A DNA stretch of 64,000 nt, from contig OZ374560.1 of NCBI GenBank assembly GCA_977862235.1, positions 2,542,001-2,606,000 on the forward strand. Reading direction: 5' to 3'. The notes under the pieces are model-generated. The model had not been told where the DNA came from. It saw nothing but the letters and a program-made list of their open reading frames with translations, and searched no databases. The DNA is from Dudresnaya verticillata. Lineage: Eukaryota. Position numbers and translations under genes: made by a program. Each line of letters begins with the position of its first letter. Position 1 is the first letter of the stretch. Positions 1-12,467 of the stretch are shown here, piece by piece.

Positions 1-959
1 AAGACAAGACGTTGCGGGTGTGGAAGTTGGAGAGCGGCAAGCCCGTGGGGGAGCCGTTGCGCGGCCACAAGGATCATGTGCAGTGCGTGGCGGTGACCTC
101 AGACGGGCAGCACGTCGTGTCCGGGTCGCGAGACAAGTCATTGCAGGTGTGGGAGTTGGGGAGCGGAAAGCCGGTGGGTGAGCCGTTGCGCGGTCACACG
201 GGGTGGGTGGAGTGCGTGACGGTGAGTCCAGACGGGCGGCACGTTGTGTCCGGATCTGCGGACGAGACGTTGCGCGTGTGGGAGCTGGGGAGCGGCAAGC
301 CCATGGGGGAGCCGTTGCGTGGTCACACAGATTGGGTGTGGTGCGTAGCAGTGACCCCAAATGGGCGGCACGTCTTATCCGGATCTGTGGACGAGACGTT
401 GCGGGTGTGGGAGTTGGAGAGCGGCAAGGCTGTGGGTGAGCCGTTCCGCAGTCACATGGATTATGTGCAGTGCGTGGCAGTGAGCCCAGACGGGCGGCAC
501 GTCATGTCCGGTTCGCGGGACAAGACGTTGCGGGTGTGGGAGTTGGGGAGCGGCAAGGCCGTGGGAGAACCGAAAGCGTTCTCGTCACCTGTTCTGAGTG
601 TTGGATGTTTTGGGGCAAGTACTGTGAAGGCTCGTGATCAGGATGGGAATGAGCGTTACTTTGAGATGAGAGGAAATGGTCTGCGGAAGATACATGCGGC
701 TGTTGGAAGAACTCGTGAGAGGAAAGCGCGGCGCGGGAGGACCGGGAGCGGAATGCATCGGAGTGAGTCTGAAGCGGAGGATGACATACGGGTCTCGGGC
801 CGGTCTGTGCGCCTCGGTCAGGACGGACCGATTCTCGCAACCCTTCCGGCAGCTTTGGGCTCGTCCTGGCAACAGGCGTGGGACTACAACGCTGTAGAGG
901 GTCGACTGGTCGTCGGGCTGCAAAGCGGACAGGTGTTGGTGTTGGAGGTGGAGACGTAA
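1..959 (+). CDS. 3' part of a WD40-repeat protein with highly similar 43-aa repeats (NACHT/NB-ARC-WD40-like receptor type); 5' end lies outside the window
   Basis: 129-bp units start at 12, 141, 270, 399 and 528 (LRVWELxSGKPVGEPLRGHxxxVxCVAVSPDGRHVVSGSxDxT). A non-repetitive tail follows and ends at TAA 957-959. Confidence 0.92.
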   Translation, partial: DKTLRVWKLESGKPVGEPLRGHKDHVQCVAVTSDGQHVVSGSRDKSLQVWELGSGKPVGEPLRGHTGWVECVTVSPDGRHVVSGSADETLRVWELGSGKPMGEPLRGHTDWVWCVAVTPNGRHVLSGSVDETLRVWELESGKAVGEPFRSHMDYVQCVAVSPDGRHVMSGSRDKTLRVWELGSGKAVGEPKAFSSPVLSVGCFGASTVKARDQDGNERYFEMRGNGLRKIHAAVGRTRERKARRGRTGSGMHRSESEAEDDIRVSGRSVRLGQDGPILATLPAALGSSWQQAWDYNAVEGRLVVGLQSGQVLVLEVET

Positions 960-3900
960 AGGAAAGCAAAGGCAACGGCGGGCGCGGAGAATGTGTGTCG
1001 CGCCGTTGCAGAGAAGAGGAAATGACTCACGGACAAAGAGCGCGGCGCTCTATGAGAAAGGAAGTGGGAGACGGGGCGTTCCACGTTTTGGGGGCTGATT
1101 GGGCGTGCAGCGAGTGTCGGGACACGTGCGTCGTTCTGAGTGGCCGTTGCTTATCTCTCGTCAGAGCGCACGAGACCGCCGGAAGGCGTTCTCATGCGCT
1201 CAAGTGGAAATGGCTTAGGCATTGTGAGCACAAAAGAGTTGACAACACCGCTGCTGTTACAGTTTCGATCAAACGACTAGGTCTATTGATGCATCACAGC
1301 ACTGGTGTGAGATAATCAGCGTGCTTCCAGTCCATTCCTCAGTTCAGGGAGGGTGAGATTTAGCTGGACAACCCGAGCGGAATTGTAAATGGCGGCAGCA
1401 GGTCGGACAATTCCATGGGGAGAACGGTTGCTAATGCGATTATGGTCTGAGTAGTCTAGTCCGATACTGGCGGGCTACTCACTAGCACTCCATTTCAGGG
1501 TGCGCAGACCAAAAGTTTACAACGGGAGTATTTGACTATAAAGCTCTTTATGGTCTTTCTCTTTTCGATCCATCCTTTTGCAGTCTCTGCTACTGTAGGA
1601 GTTCTCTGCATGCGCGTTGGCCCGGCAATGCTGTTTGAAGAAGAAAGTTATGTGGTTGGCAGCCCAACGCGACTGAAGAGCCGGTCTCTAAGAATACTGC
1701 AGTAGTCAATGAATAGTATGAAGCACGGCCATGGCCCATGCTAAGTCTTGTTCATGTCAGTTCAGACATGGGCCCATGACCTATGATGTGCATGGGGACA
1801 ACCCGTTCAGTACACCTTTGTATTGCGCATGTCTACTGTATGTGTCGATGACACTATGCGCATCTCCTCTTTCTGGCTTTGGGCATCCTTTTCAATCGTA
1901 CTTCATTGCTATTTGCTGAGGCCACACATACACCTAATGGTGCAACTGGATATTGACATTGGCGTCATGTTCTAGATATCAAAATTGGTCACCTTCCTCT
2001 CTCGCGAGGAGCATGCAGCTCCACGACATGTCCCGTGTGTGGACAAGCACAATGAATACCATATCATATGTCTCCTTTCTCGACTGCTAGGCAGGATGTT
2101 GATATCCAATGCCAGCAATTGCTGTTTCGTCATCACCATGACACACGGTAATGCTGCAGTCTGTCCAATAAACAGGTGACTCATCACGTGGTGCGTTCCC
2201 ACCGGATCTTGTTCTCTTGCCTTCCATCAACGAAAGAGAACAGTGCCCCCAGAACACCTCCACGTTGGGTTGTTTCGTCTTTGCCGATAGCACTGGCCTT
2301 AGACTTCCACTGTTGCCACGTTGCATACATGCGCATATGCGTGCCGAAACAGATCCAGGTACTAAAACTCTTCTCTAAAATAGATGGTCTGCTCAATCTT
2401 GGTCGTCTATCCTTGATTCAACATGCAGGGAAGGGAGCCTGTACGTGACTATCTAAAAGTATACGAGGGAAGCTATATTCAGCCAGGCGGCACTAGGCGG
2501 GGACCGTTTTTGAGTTGCTAAACTGTTTCAAATTCTTCCACGCACAACCTCCAGAGACGAAGAAGAGTGTCCCACGACACCGTACCAGTACTAGGATGCA
2601 CTGCCAAATGTCGTTTAAACGTGTTTGCACGACTGAGGAGCTTTGAAAAAAAAACGAGCATGGCACTGCTATGATTGTCTACCACAGTTCACCATAAAAA
2701 GACTGTCGCAGTTTGATGTGCGTGTCGCCCTATCAGCTGGGCATCTGGACATCGGGAGCAGAATGAAGTTTCTCATATTGTTGTTAATCAGCCGGAACAG
2801 CGTCAACGTCAACCAGCGTTTTTATAGATCTTTGAAGTGGTGCAACGGACTGCGTTCTCCTGAGGTGATTGGCGTTAGTGTTGAAACACCACAAATTGCG
2901 AGGGACGATGGTAAAAACCAAATTACACGCATCTACAGAAGAGCCTCAGTCCAAACTACAGCCTTCTTTGGTTTGTGTCCTGGATCCAAAATGCAAACAA
3001 GATGAAAATGGAGCACCGAGAGAGACGGAAGCTCTACATGTGCAAATTCCGCTTGAAAACAAGCTGGGGTGAGTAGATACAGTTTACAAACACCCTTTAC
3101 AAGAAATGACGGTTCAAGCTTTCTTGATCTTTTGAACTAACAATGTGTCAGAAACCTGCTCGGCTACAGGCAGAAACAGATATCTTACAATACTGAGCGC
3201 TGTACGTTGCTACACTGCGTGCGGTGTCCATGATGCCGCTTGTTGTGTGCCAAATACGTGTATGGAAATCTCCGCACTTTGGAATGACCTGATATCGCAG
3301 TCATTATGAATTACAAGAACATAATGCATGCTCTATTTACAAGCTGTGCTCTTTGACTAATAGATATCACCAAACCCCTCATAAGGAACTGAGAGAGGGC
3401 ACTTTCGTGCAGAAAGACAGATACATAGAAAAGAAGGAAGCTTATACGTAAGAGCATATGCAAGATAGTAAAAATGCTCAGCAAGAATCTGACAAGCGAG
3501 AATTTCTTGTTGAAGTTCGGAATGCATCTTCCTTTCCTTTCCGAGTAGCTTCTATATAAAATCAGGGTAATCCTTGAAATGGGTTAAATCTAAGCAATGA
3601 TCCCCGCAGACCCTTGCATTCGCTCAGAACCGACATCACCATCATCAGAACCGAACGGCAGTGGGAAAGCCTTCCTCAGATCATGATATTACAATATTAG
3701 ACTTTGTACACTTGCATAGTTCGTTTTCTTTGTAGGTTAAGCAGCAACCCATTCGTTTCTCTGCTTCTTCATCTGATTCTTTCACTCGAGTAGGCCTTCA
3801 AAAGACCCGTCTGATGAAGGGATTATTTTGCATTTGATCTCGGTATTTTGAAAACATAGGGTAGAGTAACAAGCCAGTTTCTCGACACTGTCGACCGCGT

Positions 3901-4636
3901 GCGGTTAGTATGTACAAGTACGTGGAGAAAACCTAAATCAGTCGAGTCGGCCGCAGTTTCAGAACTGAGAGCGTGTCATGTGTCTTGTATCGTTGTATTG
4001 CATCTTTTTCTATTAGCTCATAACATACAAGGTGACTATGTGCTGCCTTTTTTGGACAATAGTGTAGCTGAAGCAGTAGTCGCGGTTGTTCAAGTTTTTT
4101 CTGTGAAGGCATTTAACAGAGCCGTTCAAGTTGTTCAATGAAAGCATTAAACTGGGCCCTGGGGCCATTTAATCAACAGAGCTACGTCAAGTGCGAGCAT
4201 TTGTCAAGCAATCTCTATTCATACGACAATCCAATAATTGTAACGGAGCAAAGACACGTTCATATCTCTGACTAAAGTAAAACGCTTCATACTAATAAAA
4301 TCGTGGTGTTACGTGGACATACTAGTAAAAACGTGGCGACATCACGTGGATGACGTGAACAGCTCATGAAATCTGGAGGGTCGAAGCCTTTACGTAGTGC
4401 AGCATTTTGGCGACGAGTTATGTTAAAATCATCATTGCTGCAGGCATACACAGTGCGCGATCTCCTTTCTCTCAAGAGAAGGCGAAAACAGATATAAAAC
4501 ACCCAACCCCCACGCCCTTTGCTTATCTGAGGACTCAATCCATTCAGCCAGGCGCGAAATTTTATTCATCACAGACAACAACTACTTCGTTGAACCTGCT
4601 CCCCCTCTGAACTTCACCCAGACTTTCCGTACCAAA

Positions 4637-5608
4637 ATGAAGCTGCTGGGGTTTTTCGTATCAGCTCTTCTCTCCTTTGCTCCCGCGGTCACCGCATTTT
4701 CAGGAGAATCCGAATGTCTATTGGGGAATGATGGAGAAGTTCCATGTATTTCTACTAACCACACTCTTTCCACTGTGCGCCAAGAAGACAGTCTTCCCTG
4801 TGAAAAATATGACATGGTTTGCTGGTGCATAAGAGCAGTGAAGTTAACTAATGAAGTGCGTCGTCGATACGGAGTCAACAAGGCGTTGAAGGTCGGTACT
4901 GAGAGCCAGTTGCAGAACGCGCTTCGATATGCCAAGAAGTTAGGAGAATTCGGCGGCTTGAAGCATCAAAGTCTTTCCGAGGCCAGCAAGGAGATAGGCT
5001 GCAGGAAATTCATAGGTGGGGAGAATATTGCGTACAACTACGAAGCCGACCCGGCGCAATCCTGCGTCAATCAGTGGGAGGGATCTACAGGGCACCGCGA
5101 AAACATCCTGAAAGAGAGGTTTGAAGAAGTCGTGGTTGGAGTTCACTTTGAAGGTTCACGGGTGTACTGTGTCCAAACGTTTGCTTACGTTTCAGATTAT
5201 GGCACATCTGGCAGTGAGGATGACCAGGGCTGTGAGCCGGTGTCTTCATCTGGGAAGAAACCGGTTGGGAATAAACCTTCACCCAAACCTTCGGAGCCCG
5301 CACCGAAACCGTCGGGGCCTTCTCCGAAACCTTCCAGATCTTCACCAAAACCTTCTGGTCGTCCAAAAGAGAGAAAGACAATGGCCAGGCAGAAAAAGAA
5401 ACGTGCTTTCAAGGCCTGTCGTTGTTTGATGAGAGGAGATCGCTGCGAGGGGGAGCTGGTAAGGAAGACTGGAGGTCTGTGCCTGCCGAATGTATCTTCT
5501 TCTAATCAGCCTGCGAAATGCAGACGCGCTTGCTGTAAGATATGCCGCTCCTATCCTACGCAGAAAAAGTGTTTAAGCGGAAGAGTCAAAGCAATTTGTA
5601 GTGCTTAA
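4637..5608 (+). CDS. Secreted CAP/SCP (PR-1-like) domain protein with Pro/Ser/Lys linker and basic Cys-rich C-terminus
   Basis: Signal-like N-terminus MKLLGFFVSALLSFAPAVTA. CAP motifs LTNEVR, GENIAY, QWEGSTGHRENIL and YCVQTF. PKPS repeats. C-terminal Cys cluster. Confidence 0.9.
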   Translation: MKLLGFFVSALLSFAPAVTAFSGESECLLGNDGEVPCISTNHTLSTVRQEDSLPCEKYDMVCWCIRAVKLTNEVRRRYGVNKALKVGTESQLQNALRYAKKLGEFGGLKHQSLSEASKEIGCRKFIGGENIAYNYEADPAQSCVNQWEGSTGHRENILKERFEEVVVGVHFEGSRVYCVQTFAYVSDYGTSGSEDDQGCEPVSSSGKKPVGNKPSPKPSEPAPKPSGPSPKPSRSSPKPSGRPKERKTMARQKKKRAFKACRCLMRGDRCEGELVRKTGGLCLPNVSSSNQPAKCRRACCKICRSYPTQKKCLSGRVKAICSA

Positions 5609-6102
5609 TATGTATTGTAAGCACTTCAGGAAGCATCCGACTGTGAACAGAGAATTGAATAGTTTCCATGAAGGCTGGAACAGGGATAAGAGCTTTGATA
5701 TGAAGTGAGTTTGAAACCCATGATATCGCCCAGGTAGGACCATATTAAACAAGCACTAAAGATCATGACAATAACGAAGAATGCTCAGACTACGTGCCAT
5801 GTCCACATATCCATCACCTTTTGAGGTCTGGATTATATTTCTGAAGCCTCTGTGAGGGAAAAAAGCCTCTTGCGAGTTTAGTTCTGTCCTGGTGGGAAGT
5901 CTAAAGCGCATACTATTTGATATATTCAAGCCTCATTACTGTCACAGCAAGTACAAGAGTTTTCCGTTGCCGTTGAATGACCAGAGAAACTCATGAATGT
6001 TAAGGCAAGAACGGCTTGTAGACTACAAAGTGTAGCGTGTGGTGTTTACCTCATTCAATTCAGTAAGGCGACCGTGTTTAGCAGCAAATTGAGGCAGGGT
6101 TA

Positions 6103-7257
6103 CTAGTAGTCTGTAATCAGGTAAGTAAGGGCAGTAAAGCAATGTCCACGGCCTACGACATCAATCCCGGAAAGCCGACATCCCCACTTTCTTAGCATGA
6201 TCTTGTAGCAAACATCAGACTGTGCGCCACGAGTGACTCCAAGCAGAGCAAACCACTGGTTGCCGAACTCCCGGGCCAAAGGGTTCGAAAGGAGACCAAT
6301 ACCTGCCTCTGCAAGCTCCTTACCACCGACAGTAGCGACGGCCTTCTTGGCAGCTTCAACCAGGTCCTCAGCGTATTGGAGGTTTTTGGCGATATCCTTC
6401 TTAACCCCCATCATGAAATGGCCACCAATAACAATCTCAAAGTCGAGCTTGAGAATCTCCCTTTGTGCACCGATGAACCTCCCGACATCTTCCGTGATGG
6501 CCAGATTGACCGGCGGGACCCATTTCGGGAACACGACGTCGACGTACATGACGATACCGGGCTCTGCCTTGTACGGCGGGATGTACAGCAGAAGGTCTTG
6601 CCCAGAATGCCCGCCAACAATCCTCATTTCGATGTTGAGTCCATCGCCAAGAGAGAGTACGCGCCCGCGACTGGCGATGAAAACATTTGGAACGGGAATC
6701 TTCTTTGTCACAGACAGCTCGATCATTTGCTTGGAGGCGAAGGTGCCCCAAATACTGGTCTTTGCCGACGGGTACCTGCCACGCATGTACTTTAGGAAAT
6801 CGCCCGACTTTCCGATATGGTCGTAGTGTGCGTGGGAATACACAACGTCAATTCTGGTCGGTACCTCGCCGTCAAGCACCTGCTCCGCGGCGTCGGTTAA
6901 CCTGGTGGTGCTGCCGTCCATCTTGGCAGAGTTGACGGACTCGGGGATGTCCAGCATGACTAGGCGGGAGTTGCGGTATACGATGAGGGTTAAGTACACC
7001 CCATCGTTGTATCGCCAGACTCCGCCGCGGAGCTGTTTGAGCAGGAATGTGCCAGGGGCAACCGCGGGCGCAACAGCGTCTTGCGGGGTTGGGAGGATGC
7101 GGCACTTCTTTCCGCTATCTAAGCGGCGTAGACATTTCCTTACGGCTCGGCAGAGATCAGACCGCGTTGTTGTCGAGGAGGCCGTGCCGAGTGCGAGCAG
7201 AAGTGTAGCTATGAGTACGGTCAAGGCTGCTGGCGATTTGAAAGCCAATGGCGGCAT
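6103..7257 (-). CDS. Secreted metallo-beta-lactamase-fold hydrolase
   Basis: Signal-like N-terminus. HxHxDH motif SHAHYDHIG, plus GGHS, YVDVV and GGHF metal-ligand motifs. Confidence 0.9.
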   Translation of the reverse strand: MPPLAFKSPAALTVLIATLLLALGTASSTTTRSDLCRAVRKCLRRLDSGKKCRILPTPQDAVAPAVAPGTFLLKQLRGGVWRYNDGVYLTLIVYRNSRLVMLDIPESVNSAKMDGSTTRLTDAAEQVLDGEVPTRIDVVYSHAHYDHIGKSGDFLKYMRGRYPSAKTSIWGTFASKQMIELSVTKKIPVPNVFIASRGRVLSLGDGLNIEMRIVGGHSGQDLLLYIPPYKAEPGIVMYVDVVFPKWVPPVNLAITEDVGRFIGAQREILKLDFEIVIGGHFMMGVKKDIAKNLQYAEDLVEAAKKAVATVGGKELAEAGIGLLSNPLAREFGNQWFALLGVTRGAQSDVCYKIMLRKWGCRLSGIDVVGRGHCFTALTYLITDY

Positions 7258-10200
7258 CGTGGGAGGGCACGGTTGACGAGCGATTGTTTGGCGTCTCCTT
7301 CAGTGCGATTCGGCGCCGGCGCATGGCTTGAGCGCTGAGTTTTCCGGCACTGCTGCGGTCCGCGTTCGGACCTTTATACAGCGGCCACCACAACGCGGAG
7401 TCCTTTCTCATTCCGATCTGTTGCGTTCCCGAGGAAAGCGTTCTTTCGCAACGTCTGGCTCGAGTGGAGCGTGGGCGACCATGCGAACGCGGTTTGTCAG
7501 GGGCACTTCAGCGGGGCTTCATCGACGCTGTATTCTGCAAGCATATCCCAGCGCTGTATTCTGAGACGATAGCGAGCCGCGCCGCTCTCCGAAGAAAGCA
7601 GATCAGAAGGCCTCAGGAGCGCGAAGAATTCGATGCTCAAATCGGATCGGGTGAAGGCTTCTTCCAATCACGAGAAGGGTCGTGTGTTGCTCTCGGATAG
7701 GCAGTTGTAGAAATGGAAACGAACCTTCTGGAATTCCCTCTTTGCTGCCTTTCTTGCGACTACCGCCATCACTGCTACTCGTGTTCGTCTCTTAGGAATT
7801 GGTACTGGCTCCCATAACTTCCATACCGTCCCCTCGTCGAACTTTTCCAGGTCTTGATACGACTTGCGAGAAGATTCGCCCCTCGGAGATACAACTGCAA
7901 GAACTGTAAATAGGTCGATTCGGTGAAACTTACCTGACAAAGTCCATGAGGACTGCTTGAAACCCTTTGCAAAGTCTATCAATGCCCTTTTGGGAATTTT
8001 GTTGAGATGGAAGAGTAGGTCCGGGAACAAGGTCACACCTCGTAGAATTGTGCTTCACTCCCTAGCTTCCACAGGGTAGTTTCTACTATTGAACTAGCGT
8101 GAAATAGCCGCAGACACACAGTTATTTGGAGTCCTAGGCACAGAACCATGTGCATAAGAACAGGGGCTTTCAGGCTGCTAACGACAACATCTCTCTTCAT
8201 TCCATATGAAATTGTTTTATTCTTAATGGAATACTGTAAAAATGTACCGTAGAATACTTTGAGCAAGTCTATCTTTAGCCTTTCTGCTGCTACAAACGTC
8301 CCGAAGCTTCTTATGCTCTGGTTGTTGAAACTAAATGTTCTGTAAAAGCCTGGGACTGACCGCAAATGCCGTTTAGTGCTATGACAATTCCGGATCCGTT
8401 GACAGTCTGGAACGAGAAATCCCCTTTTGGTGCGGTGAATTCTTATCAGCATCTCAAACGGGAGAACACCGGTCTCCAATATGTAGTTTACGCCTCGGCC
8501 CTAAGAATAAGTTTCCTCCTTGTTATTACTATAATTCTTCTATGTCGTCCTCCTAGTCAGAAAGACGCGGAGAAAAAAAGGTTCACATCGATAGAGACCT
8601 TTTCGTATGAGAATGATATTCGATATTGCAGTACCGGCTTTCTCAATCATTCTACCTCGTTCAATTCCTCATAGAATGTTCTGTTATCTCGCATTGCATA
8701 ACACACTGGAATCGAGATAAAGAGTCGATTCCGTGGACCGTAGCCATTGCAAGCTTTCATTGAGCCCAGAGATACCTGAAGGGTGAAGGCGTTGACTTTT
8801 AACCCTTACCCACCAGGGCTAAGGACTGAACTCGACTCAGAACAGTTACGAGCAATAAGAGCAAAACAATGACCTGATCATTCCTTTATTGGTCAAAGGA
8901 TCAAACGATAAAAAGAAAAAAGATATACTTCTTCTTCGGCAATCCTCATGCTGCCACTGGGAGTATAGGAGGTACCGAAGAGGGCCAATACTTGGTCGGG
9001 TAATTTGTTTCTCGACGTCGCTAGTTTTGATGCTCGCGGACAGAACGACCATTGAGCGCAACAGAGGCGAATGTCACTGCTTCCTTTCACTGCTCTTAAG
9101 CACAATCCTGTATTTGAAAATGCTATCGTTTCGGTGAATGCGATTGATTGCAAGGCCAGCCTTGGACGCCTTAAGGTCACGGCTTGCATCATCACCCTTG
9201 CACATCGACCTGCGAGAAGTTGTATTCATCACGCACTCTACAGAAGGCTTCTTGGTCTTCTCAATGCGAGTGCCAGTGCCATACATTTTCGGCGGCAACG
9301 GTTGATTCTTGCTCATTGTCAGACGTATCAGACGATGATCGATGCGTTTGCAAAAGGGCTCCAAAGTTTCGGAACCCACGGAACCCGTTTCTACTCGCTA
9401 TCTACACTCTGTAGCCTCCTATTGCGCTGTAAAGTAGCAGTCTCAAAGTATTAATGTGACGAAAATAAATCGAACGAGCGACGTTGTACCTGGTGCTGGG
9501 ATAGTAGCGGCAACCTATGACAATCTTGAATACATACCTGTATTCCTTCCGGAGCAATTCTCTTCACTATTTCTTGTACCTAATCGTGAACCACTTTCAA
9601 AGAGGCGCCAGCATGTAGAGTACTTTCGTCTCTTCAACCAAGCTCTGTAAAGACTTGCTCAATATAACTAGGACTCTTCGAATTATTCTGAATGCTATGC
9701 ACGTGCTAAACTCTAGTATCGAGCCCCGCTGTGTTTGTAATTGCATCCGCCCCGCAAGGTTGAACTTAAGATTCACTGCGCACTGCAATTACTAACCATC
9801 CCTGTTGGATGTCAGATTCGATTGGGTACCTGAATATCAAGCTGTTCGGTGCCCGGGAAGCAATCTACGACTTGGACAACTTTGCAAAGCGAAAATATCG
9901 AAAACGCCCGTTTCGAAGCGGGCAAGAGCTTAAACAAGTTTAAAACGCGGACATGTGGATCTACCAGATCAGCAAGCGCACTACTCCACCTCATTAACAT
10001 AGAATAACGTCCGTCCATTGCGGAAAATAGCGAAGGTTTCTTTTGCAATTTTCTGCGACTTCTCTGCAGACTAGGGCTTTTCAGATATCATCGATGTGAA
10101 GAATATTGTTTGAATTGGACCGGAACGTTTATTTAAATATATGTTATGACATGTTTGCACAAAGTTGCATTTTGCCGTCGGTAACTCCTGCGCGTACGCT

Positions 10201-10671
10201 TCGTGTGCCAAACGCACAAGCTACAATTCAAATACTTCCGAATGGTCGAGAAAATGTCAATTAGGGCTGCCATTGTGCAGTCCGTGCATATTTGACCGTT
10301 TGTCCAAGCCCTTCCCGCCCATCTTCGACTATTCATAAAAGATAAGCGCGGACATAGCAGATATGGCGGGTTTCGGCGTATCCTACAAACGCGGGGTTTG
10401 AATCTCAACAAAGCGCCAACCTTTTCTAAAGGCATGGCGTCGCGATGGGCTATTGTGAAGCACGTCGAATCGCAAAACGACTGAGACCCTGGAGGCTGGT
10501 CCTAATGAGGCATCACAAATGGAACCAATGGACCGATAAGTCACGATCCCCCGATCAACAGGGATGTATCTACGTTTACAAACACGACAACTGGCCTGCA
10601 AGCTGCAATTGGCCTTCTCGGTTTCCATCTTACGATTCAAATATCATTGAGGAGAGCCTTGAACCTTGATT

Positions 10672-11409
10672 CTAAGACTTATCCGCAGAGCTCCGACTCG
10701 CTCGCAGCAACACGTCGGCGGCCCTGGTCTCCTTCCTGAGTTGGTCAATTTCACGAATCCATTCATGCTCGCGGATGAGTAGTCCTTTGATTTTGTGCTC
10801 TAATTTTGCGACAACACTGTGTAGCTCTTTGGTATGTTCCTTAAGCTCTTCTATTTCTTTAGGTGTCTCCTGAGCAACCTCGTCTTCCTCTTCGCCATCT
10901 TCCGCATCGTCCGGTTGCACCTCATCCGTATTATCGCTATTACTGCTTTCATCCAGTGCTGATGCACCGTTCAGCTCCACACTAGTACCAATCCGCCCCG
11001 ATCTCAGGTTTTGTATTCCTTGTACTGCCATTACCGTAACGTTAAGCATTTTTTCCTGTCGCAAAACCGCATCTCTCATAATCCTCACGGTTGTATTTAC
11101 GTCCTCTTGGCGCTTATTCGCGCCTTCTATCAGTCCTCTCACAATCTTGCCGACGCGGGAAATGAAACCACTCTTCCATTCCACCACTTGCTCTTCGCAC
11201 ATGTTCTTCCAAATTCCCAAAGACTCATTGTTGAGCTGACGTTGTGTCTTCAAATCTTCAACTGCGCTTTCTAGTTGTTCAATATGGAGCGTAAGAGAAG
11301 CGGATTCCTGATTTGCCATTTTCCGCGCATTGCGGACCGCTTCGTCCATTCCCTGCTCAGTGTCCTTTTCAGGCTCGCATTCCTTCGAGGCACGCGCTTT
11401 TGGTGGCAT
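10672..11409 (-). CDS. Hypothetical coiled-coil protein with acidic linker, 245 aa
   Basis: ATG-initiated ORF with heptad-like Glu/Lys/Leu-rich stretches and an acidic patch. No family recognised. Confidence 0.55.
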   Translation of the reverse strand: MPPKARASKECEPEKDTEQGMDEAVRNARKMANQESASLTLHIEQLESAVEDLKTQRQLNNESLGIWKNMCEEQVVEWKSGFISRVGKIVRGLIEGANKRQEDVNTTVRIMRDAVLRQEKMLNVTVMAVQGIQNLRSGRIGTSVELNGASALDESSNSDNTDEVQPDDAEDGEEEDEVAQETPKEIEELKEHTKELHSVVAKLEHKIKGLLIREHEWIREIDQLRKETRAADVLLRASRSSADKS

Positions 11410-12293
11410 TGCTCTTCAACACAGGGTCAATGTTAGAAAGGGTGTGTGCACTTTACCACGCTTTCTGCATGAACAACTTCTGTAACGCGATTTGAGTCAA
11501 GTACGGATGCCAACTATTGCACAGACCATTATGTATACTATTCGTATTACAAACCCTTTATCCCGTCTGTTGGAAGCCGGAAGGGTTTCAACCAGAAACA
11601 GGAAGATATTTTTCTATCATGTTGTGTTCTTTGCAAAACGTGACACCGCAGTCGCAGCTTCGAATACACAACGCGTGTAATTTGTTTGCAACCCCATCTG
11701 CCCACTTATTCGATACTTACGAAAAGACTAGAGTTGGCTCCAGTTGTAACGATGCTGCCCACTCAACTGTTGGCAAGAGGTCATCGTTGAAGATACTAAA
11801 CGTCCTCAATGGAAAGTTTCCAACACTCTTCCTGACCGAGGTGCGTGCCTGGCTGATCATTTTGATCGATAGTATGTCCTGTTTGTATTTTGTCTCGCAC
11901 TTGGTAGTGCCAACGATACCTGTACTTCCTGATATATCCACTGGCATCCAATAACCTCTAGGTTAACACTCTTCGCCCGGTGTGGAACTCCTCCTTGTAG
12001 TGATATGTCGTGATTATTGTGCTTCTTTGCCATTTATGCCAAGATTTAATGTCGCCTTTACTTGACTCCGTTCTATTCTGGTACCATTGATGAGATTCTG
12101 TACTGCACCATATGTCAATAGAAGTATTGGAGCGATATGCAGACAAACGTGTAACTATTTACAGATATGGAATAGTTGTCACTGCAGACATTCCTTTCCA
12201 GAACGTTCGGTCCCGTGATCCAGTGCAAACAGAAAAGGAAAATCCCAGTGCCTGAAACCGATATACGCAGGCGGTTCGTAAGGAATTATCAAG

Positions 12294-12467
12294 TGTGGCA
12301 ACACGACGAGACGATCTCTTAGCGGAGTAAGAGAACTCTTACTCCGTGGGACCTTGGAAATGATTGGGGGTTTCCTGAGTGAATATTGTCACAGAGGAAA
12401 TAACACCGCGGATGTGGATTAAGAGTTCTCTTACTCCGCTAAGAGATCGTCTCGTCGGGTTGCCACA
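12294..12467. repeat. Long inverted repeat (MITE-like foldback) with 48-bp arms
   Basis: 12294-12341 is the reverse complement of 12420-12467 with one mismatch. Ends are TGTGGCA...TGCCACA. No clear TSD. Confidence 0.85.

Noticed and set aside
1..580. Regular 129-bp repeats as a CRISPR-like array
   Set aside because: The units are contiguous in-frame WD40 repeats with no unique spacers and no cas genes.
7668..10669. Many short ORFs, considered as a LINE ORF2 downstream of the coiled-coil gene
   Set aside because: I found no endonuclease or RT motifs in the translated frames.
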